In this document: piece by piece, positions 58,388-64,000 of the stretch
Layout: each line of letters begins with the position of its first letter
Position numbering within the stretch: the first letter of the stretch is position 1
Assembly (NCBI GenBank): GCA_029260165.1
Contig: JAJDDT010000013.1
Span: 18,954-82,953, forward strand
Reading direction: 5' to 3'
Origin: Phycisphaerae bacterium
GTDB lineage: Bacteria; Planctomycetota; Phycisphaerae; UBA1845
Length of the DNA: 64,000 nt
Notes under the pieces: model-generated
Told to the model about the DNA's origin: nothing
The model's input: only the letters and a program-made list of their open reading frames with translations
The model's database searches: none
Program-made: the position numbers and the translations under genes

Positions 58388-58893
58388 TTCGCGTCTTTCC
58401 AGGCCTCGTCATCGCCGTCGGATTGCTGTTTTCGGCCAATGGGGTTCTGGGCTTCCTGGTCGAGGGTAAAAATCTGTACGCACAACATTTTATCCTCGGG
58501 TTTTTCACCGTGGTGATGACCGTGCTCATTCATGTCGTCGTGTTTACCTACTTCGCCGCCGGTGGAAGGATGATCAGTCAGGCTGTTTTTATCGGGCACC
58601 TCGACCGCCAACCGCTCGATCGGGTTCGCTATCACAAGGGACGCGTGATCCGGTGCATTGGCTGCTCGTTCCTGTCACTTGTCGCGCTCGTGATTTTTGG
58701 GGCGTTGCTCGAAAAGGATCCGTCCTGGCAGTGGTGGCACGTTGCCGCTGCGGTCGTCGCCATCACGACGAACGCCGTTTCGTTCTACGTTCAGTATGAC
58801 CACATTGCTCAAAACACACGAATAACTGAAATGGTTCTTGAGCAATACGGCGCGGCCCAACGCAAATCCCAACCGGGCGCGGGCAACCTGTGA
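58384..58893 (+). CDS. Four-TM hypothetical membrane protein
   Basis: Four hydrophobic helices, several with His (QHF, LIH, WWH); overlaps the upstream stop. Confidence 0.75.
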   Translation: MIRVFPGLVIAVGLLFSANGVLGFLVEGKNLYAQHFILGFFTVVMTVLIHVVVFTYFAAGGRMISQAVFIGHLDRQPLDRVRYHKGRVIRCIGCSFLSLVALVIFGALLEKDPSWQWWHVAAAVVAITTNAVSFYVQYDHIAQNTRITEMVLEQYGAAQRKSQPGAGNL

Positions 58894-58915
58894 GTGAGGC
58901 GGTACAATCGCGAAC

Positions 58916-60058
58916 ATGGTCGCGACCGATTGCAGACAACTCAACATCCTGGTCCTGGAACCGTATGACGGTGGATCGCATCGGGCGTTCCTGAATGCGT
59001 GGATGTCATCCACGAGACACCATGTCAGACTGCTCACCCTTCCCGCCCGAAAATGGAAATGGCGGATGCGCGGGGCAGCCATTTGGTTCGCACAGCAAAT
59101 CGCCGAGCTGAAACCGGACCCGACGGACCTGATTTTTACCTGTGACATGCTCTCCGTCGCCGACCTCCGCGCACTGCTGCCCGCGAATCGCCGATCCCTG
59201 CCGATAGTCACCTGTTTCCATGAGAACCAACTAACCTACCCGGTCCCCGACGAGGCTGATCGTGATTATCAGTATGGTTTCACCAACATCACCTCCTGCC
59301 TGACATCTGATGAGGTGTGGTTCAACTCGGAGTTCCATCGGACGGGATTTCTTGCCGCGGCAGACGCTCTTCTCAAAAAAATGCCGGATTTTGTCCCGCC
59401 TGACATCCCCACGATCATCGCCGACAGGTCGCACGTGGTGTACCCCATCGTTGAGCAACCTCCGAAGGGTATCGAACGCCTCGCCCGCGATCCCAACGAC
59501 CCGCCCGTATTACTGTGGAATCACCGTTGGGAGTACGACAAGAATCCCGAACCGTTTTTCAACGCGCTGGTCGAGTTGGACAACCGAGGTGTTGATTTTC
59601 GTCTGGTCTTGCTTGGCGAGACGTTTCGCGACGCACCAGCCATTTTCGACGAGGCCCGCCGGATCCTCGATTCGCGAATTCTGCACGCCGGATTTGCCCC
59701 GGACCGCCGCACCTATTGGCAATGGCTGCACCGATCCGACATCGTTGTTAGTTCAGCCATTCAGGAGAATTTCGGTATTTCGATCGTGGAAGCCGTCCTC
59801 GCCGGATGCCGTCCGTTGCTGCCCAATCGGTTGAGCTATCCCGAATTGATCCCGATCAACCTGCACGAACGATACCTGTACGCCAACGACGAAAACCTCG
59901 CACACGCGATCACAGGAGCGATTCAGAGTTGGCCGACTGATCAGGTTGATGAGACGGTGGTGGCGTATGCAAACGATCGCTTCGCGGGAAACGATCGTAA
60001 CGTTCTTTATGACAACATATTAGCGTCTGTTTCTTTATCGTTGGAAACCATGAATTGA
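58916..60058 (+). CDS. DUF3524 GT4 glycosyltransferase (GTDC1/QTMAN homolog)
   Basis: LEPYDGGSH, LPARKWKWRMR, FHENQLTYP, WNHRWEYDKNP, ENFGIS..EA, RLSYPE. Confidence 0.9.
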   Translation: MVATDCRQLNILVLEPYDGGSHRAFLNAWMSSTRHHVRLLTLPARKWKWRMRGAAIWFAQQIAELKPDPTDLIFTCDMLSVADLRALLPANRRSLPIVTCFHENQLTYPVPDEADRDYQYGFTNITSCLTSDEVWFNSEFHRTGFLAAADALLKKMPDFVPPDIPTIIADRSHVVYPIVEQPPKGIERLARDPNDPPVLLWNHRWEYDKNPEPFFNALVELDNRGVDFRLVLLGETFRDAPAIFDEARRILDSRILHAGFAPDRRTYWQWLHRSDIVVSSAIQENFGISIVEAVLAGCRPLLPNRLSYPELIPINLHERYLYANDENLAHAITGAIQSWPTDQVDETVVAYANDRFAGNDRNVLYDNILASVSLSLETMN

Positions 60059-60142
60059 TGCCCCCCCCACCGCGTCCGATATCCGAATGCAACGGAACAT
60101 ATATTATCGGACGTTTAACAGCGGCGGTGGGGGGGGTGTCAA
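60055..60142. repeat. Nested inverted repeat enclosing a degenerate dif-like site
   Basis: TTGATGC8ACCGC / GCGGTG8TGTCAA outer arms; CGTCCGATA / TATCGGACG inner arms. Confidence 0.7.
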
Positions 60143-60205
60143 GCGTCGTCGTGGTACCCGCCACAAAGAGAAGGTGGCTGCGGATGCGGCGCACATCAAT
60201 GATCC

Positions 60206-60270
60206 TGTTTCCACGGTACTCCCTCATCTTGTTTCCAAACGGTACCCCCTCATCATGACCTTGTTTCCAA
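60206..60270. repeat. Short direct repeats
   Basis: TGTTTCCA-CGGTACTCCCTCATC, TGTTTCCAAA-CGGTACCCCCTCATC, TGTTTCCAA. Confidence 0.75.
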
Positions 60271-60538
60271 TTGGTGACAGCGTTTCAAACCTCAATGGTG
60301 GCTCTTGAGCACCGGTTGGCTGGTTCAGGCGGCGGTGTTCCCGGTGCCGACCGTGGTCCGGGGTGAACCCGAAACGGTCACGCCCTCCCCTCCAGCGGTC
60401 GGGTGGCCTTCCCGCCGGGCTTATCGGGGTTTGGTGTCCATACTGCGTCCCGTGGGTAGAATGGGTGGTGCACGGTATCTCATTTTTGCGGGATGGTGTG
60501 TGGCGAGTTGGTGCGGTTTTGAGCCACAGGGTGAAATA

Positions 60539-61171
60539 GTGCATACGCAAAAAACCCGCTCGGTAACGAAATCAGAGGACGGGAACCGTCCACATGAGTT
60601 GAAACTCATCGAGACATGGGTCGACGAGCACGCCGACTACCTGTTTGGGCACGCGCTAACACGTCTGCGAGACCGTCACGTCGCCGAAGAGGTGCATCAG
60701 GAGACGTTTCTCGCGGCGTTGAAGTCCGTCGGAAAGTTCCGCGGGGATTCAAGTCCGCGTACCTGGCTGGTCGGGCTGCTGCGTCGAAAGATCGCCGATC
60801 ACTACCGGAAGCGATACCGCGAGGGCGAGGGGAAATCCATCGATGCGACGGATTTGACGATCGACGCATGGTTCGATGAGAACGGGTCATGGATCGTGCA
60901 GCCCAAACGGTGCGAGATGGACCCCGCAGAGCTTCAGCAACGGGCCGATTTCCGGACTGTTCTGCAGAGCTGTCTGAAATCGCTGCCCGATCGGCTGGCT
61001 GAAGCGTTTGTGTTGCGTGTCGTGGACGATTGGAAACCGGATGAAGTATGTAAGGTCTTGTCAATCACGCCGACTAACCTGTGGGTTGCTCTCCATCGGG
61101 CACGGGCGCGACTCCGTGCCTGTCTGGAGGCGAACTGGTTTGAATCTGACGGTCCCGGGGAGGAAGGATGA
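60539..61171 (+). CDS. ECF sigma-70 factor (TIGR02943-like)
   Basis: AEEVHQETFLAAL, FRGDSSPRTWL, LRRKIADHYRK, ITPTNLWVALHRARARLR; start uncertain. Confidence 0.92.
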   Translation: MHTQKTRSVTKSEDGNRPHELKLIETWVDEHADYLFGHALTRLRDRHVAEEVHQETFLAALKSVGKFRGDSSPRTWLVGLLRRKIADHYRKRYREGEGKSIDATDLTIDAWFDENGSWIVQPKRCEMDPAELQQRADFRTVLQSCLKSLPDRLAEAFVLRVVDDWKPDEVCKVLSITPTNLWVALHRARARLRACLEANWFESDGPGEEG

Positions 61172-61449
61172 TGCTGTCTTGTAAGGAAGCCACGCGACTG
61201 GTATCGGAGGGGCTTGATCGCAGGCTGTCGTTTTGGCGGCGAATGAGACTGCGTCTTCATGTGGTCATGTGTCGGGGTTGCGCACGCTACGCACGCCAGA
61301 CAGCGATCCTCGATCGAATCATCTCCGACCGCGATGGTGAAGACCTTTTCGCGGATGCTTCCGAGCAGATTTCGCAAAAAACTGTACGGCAAATCAGATC
61401 GTCGCTCCACCAGGCCGCCACCGATACCAATCATCCGGACGGGAAGTAA
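61168..61449 (+). CDS. zf-HC2 anti-sigma factor (soluble)
   Basis: MLSCKEATRLVS...LRLHVVMCRGC (ZAS Hx3Cx2C); coupled to the sigma gene. Confidence 0.92.
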   Translation: MMLSCKEATRLVSEGLDRRLSFWRRMRLRLHVVMCRGCARYARQTAILDRIISDRDGEDLFADASEQISQKTVRQIRSSLHQAATDTNHPDGK

Positions 61450-61603
61450 GGATTTCGGTACATCGCACGACCAACCATTCAGAATGACACGCAACGTCCG
61501 GACGAACATCCGCTTAATTGGGGCAGATTGTCGGTTGGGGTGATGTAAGGCCGCCCGGTGCGTTCGATCAGGCCTCGATTCATGAACAGGATGCGACGCA
61601 GAC

Positions 61604-62257
61604 ATGAAATTACAGAACGATTTCGGACCAACTGAGACAGCCCTGCCCGACGACGCAATGGGCCTCGAGCCGACCAGGAAGTGCCGGACGGATGCACGGC
61701 GTTGGCGGCCCATTCCTGTGACCTTGTTTGTGGGCGTCAGCATCGTGGCGGGCTACGTTGCGTACGAGCGCGTTGGAACGACAGCCAACGCTGATTCGGT
61801 GGAATTTACGAAAAATCTCGCCGGTGGGTTTCTTGCGGTGGGAATGACGGAGGATCAGCCGGGGTTTGTAGTGTTGTCGGCGCTGGATCAGAAAGTGGTC
61901 GAGGTGAACTCAGTTCAGTTTATCAATCATATTGCCGGCACGCACACGGTGGTCGAGATTCAGACACCGGACAGAAAACAAAGCACTCGCCTGCGCTCTC
62001 CGCAGGTCATATTGATTTCGGAGCAGGGCGACGTTCAGGAATATCGTGTGGACTGGACGGTTGAAGAATTCAATTCGCTGCGTGAAGCGGCGGACTGTTC
62101 TCATGAGGCAGCCATCAAAAAGCATCGGTGTGGCGCGCCATTCACCGAGTTGCAGGAGGCGTTCGCGAAGTGGCCGCCTGGGCGTGTTCCCGATCGTGTC
62201 CTTGCTTTCCTTGAACCTTTCAAGGATGACGAGGCGCACGCACATGAGAGTGATTAA
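61604..62257 (+). CDS. Hypothetical single-TM protein
   Basis: TM helix near the N-terminus; Cys pair CSHE...HRCG; co-oriented within the cluster. Confidence 0.65.
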   Translation: MKLQNDFGPTETALPDDAMGLEPTRKCRTDARRWRPIPVTLFVGVSIVAGYVAYERVGTTANADSVEFTKNLAGGFLAVGMTEDQPGFVVLSALDQKVVEVNSVQFINHIAGTHTVVEIQTPDRKQSTRLRSPQVILISEQGDVQEYRVDWTVEEFNSLREAADCSHEAAIKKHRCGAPFTELQEAFAKWPPGRVPDRVLAFLEPFKDDEAHAHESD

Positions 62258-62300
62258 CGTATCTTGTGTTACAAAAAGGACTCTTTGGGAAACAAGAAGA

Positions 62301-62900
62301 ATGAAGATTTATGGATTATCGACAGTGTGTGTGCTTCTCATGATGGGATCGGAACTTGCGTCGGCGGGAAACAAGAACGGAATACTGGGCAGGCAGGCAC
62401 CGGAATGGTCTGTGAACAAATGGTTGAATCTTCCGACGGACGAGAAAAAAGTTGACATACAGAATTTTCGTGGAAAAACATTGTATCTGTTCTGTTTTCA
62501 ATCCTGGTGTCCGGGATGTCACAGCAGCGGATTTCCGACGATGCAAAAGGTGATGTCGCGTTTCAAGGGTAACGACGATGTGAAGTTCGTCGCCATTCAG
62601 ACCGTGTTCGAGGGATTCGATTCCAACACGTTCGACCATGCCAAACAAGCCGCTCAAAAGTACAAGCTGACGATACCCGTCGGGCAGAGTGGAGAAAAAG
62701 GAAAACGGTCGGAGGTGATGGCCCGTTACCGCACCGGGGGCACGCCGTGGGTGGTCATCATCGATCGTGACGGTGTGGTGCGTTACAACGACTTTCACAT
62801 CGGTGTCGTTCAGGCTGACAAGCTTATCCGCGAATCTCTGAACAGCCCGTCGGACGAGAGCAGGAAATCCGATCGCGTGCCTTCGGGCAAGGGGCAATAG
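62301..62900 (+). CDS. Secreted redoxin/TlpA-like thiol-disulfide protein
   Basis: FQSWCPGCHSSGFP, QTVFEG, YRTGGTPW. Confidence 0.9.
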   Translation: MKIYGLSTVCVLLMMGSELASAGNKNGILGRQAPEWSVNKWLNLPTDEKKVDIQNFRGKTLYLFCFQSWCPGCHSSGFPTMQKVMSRFKGNDDVKFVAIQTVFEGFDSNTFDHAKQAAQKYKLTIPVGQSGEKGKRSEVMARYRTGGTPWVVIIDRDGVVRYNDFHIGVVQADKLIRESLNSPSDESRKSDRVPSGKGQ

Positions 62901-63014
62901 ACTACAGCGAAACAGTTGTGCGCGCAACTGGCTTCCCCACTGATTGTGCATTATTCACAAAACAGACAGGACCGTAGGACTCTTCGGTACTGCGAAGATC
63001 AAAGGAGCGTTTCG

Positions 63015-63548
63015 ATGGACAGGTTATTCAAGGCGACGAGCATGTTGGCCGTGTATTCAGTTGGCGTTGTTGCGATGGCGATTCTTCCGGCTGTCGTGGG
63101 ATGCCCGGCGGTTCCCGGTGCAGTTGGCAACGTGGACGACGCGCCCACGGGGGCGAAACTGTTTACCCGGATTACAGTGGAGGATCCCTATCGGGATTGG
63201 TCGCAGTTCCCGGATCACCAGGGCACACTTCCCAGCGCGTTGCCACACGGACCGATGTCGCGGGTATTCATTAACGGCGTGGTCGAGTCTGCAATAGACA
63301 ACTTCAACGTTGCACTTCCGGAAGGTTCGATCATCGTGAAAGAGAATGTTGATACGAGTCCCGAGGTCACCGAAGCTGCGCTCACTGTGATGTGGAAGAT
63401 CGATGGATTTGACCCGGAAAATAACGACTGGTTCTGGGCCAACATGACGCCGGAAGGACAGATCGTCGCCGAGGGCAGGGTTCAGGGTTGCATCGCATGT
63501 CATGGCGGTGCCCGCGCGAACGATTTCGTTTTCGTGCATGAATTCTGA
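63015..63548 (+). CDS. Cytochrome P460 family lipoprotein
   Basis: LPEGSIIVKEN, VMWK, NDWFWA, C-terminal CIACH and DFVF; AAGGAG RBS. Confidence 0.85.
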   Translation: MDRLFKATSMLAVYSVGVVAMAILPAVVGCPAVPGAVGNVDDAPTGAKLFTRITVEDPYRDWSQFPDHQGTLPSALPHGPMSRVFINGVVESAIDNFNVALPEGSIIVKENVDTSPEVTEAALTVMWKIDGFDPENNDWFWANMTPEGQIVAEGRVQGCIACHGGARANDFVFVHEF

Positions 63549-63622
63549 GTTCAGAGCGGGACAGGATGGCCGATGGGTAGAACAGTAGTACAGACACTCC
63601 GGCAAGGGAGGATATAACGCAT

Positions 63623-64000
63623 ATGAAACATGCGGTCATCATCGGTAACGGCGTTGCCGGAATCACTGCGGCTCGTCGTTTGCGATCCATCGAACCTGAA
63701 TGGCGCATCACGGTGATCTCGGGGGAATCGAGGTATCACTATTCCCGCCCTGCCCTGATGTACCTTTTCATGGGGCACATGCGATACGCTGATACGAAAC
63801 CATTTGAAGACCATGTATGGGAAGAGGATCGCATCGAGCTGGTGCGCGACTGGGTCATCGAAATCGACGCTGATGCGTCTACGCTGCATTTGCACAGGAG
63901 CGGGAAACTCGGATACGACAAGCTGCTGATAGCCACGGGATCCAAGTCCAACAAATTCGGCTGGCCTGGACAGGATTTGAAACGCGTCCAAGGCCTCTAT
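63623..64000 (+). CDS. FAD/NAD(P)-dependent oxidoreductase (truncated by the window end)
   Basis: Manual translation gives MKHAVIIGNGVAGITAA...YSRPALMYLFMGHM...YDKLLIATGSKSNKFGWPGQDL; GGAGG RBS. Confidence 0.9.
   Translation, partial: MKHAVIIGNGVAGITAARRLRSIEPEWRITVISGESRYHYSRPALMYLFMGHMRYADTKPFEDHVWEEDRIELVRDWVIEIDADASTLHLHRSGKLGYDKLLIATGSKSNKFGWPGQDLKRVQGLY

Noticed and set aside
60206..60290. Mini CRISPR array
   Set aside because: The repeats are nearly adjacent with no 25-40 nt spacers, and there are no cas genes.

Overview
GC-rich bacterial chromosomal window with about 60 CDS; no rRNA, tRNA, CRISPR array, transposase or integrase was seen. The host is inferred to be Planctomycetota (probably Phycisphaerae) from Cys-flanked dockerin-like tags, CxxCGYxL..CPECG zinc ribbons and a small conserved coiled-coil protein. 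Housekeeping genes include queD/E/G, mutY, lysC, priA, murJ, fdxA, adk, cls, metH, pgpA, wecB, icd and mlaEFD. They are interspersed with secreted proteins, an exosortase/PEP-CTERM cassette, glycosyltransferases (one a QTMAN/GTDC1 homolog) and a terminal ECF-sigma/redox cluster. The most striking unexplained signal is a set of kilobase-scale strand-composition domains: C/A-rich on + at ~1.6-7.8 kb and ~29-38 kb, and G/T-rich on + at ~38.5-49 kb. These domains ignore gene orientation, fade within a few kb, and each surrounds GTAG-REP hairpins whose orientation matches the skew polarity. Also notable are a second REP family with stem covariation, a candidate anti-SD sRNA, an Hfq/LSm-like ORFan, a structured 5' leader and a dif-like foldback element at a possible island edge. 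All calls are made by eye; several start codons were moved from the ORF track.
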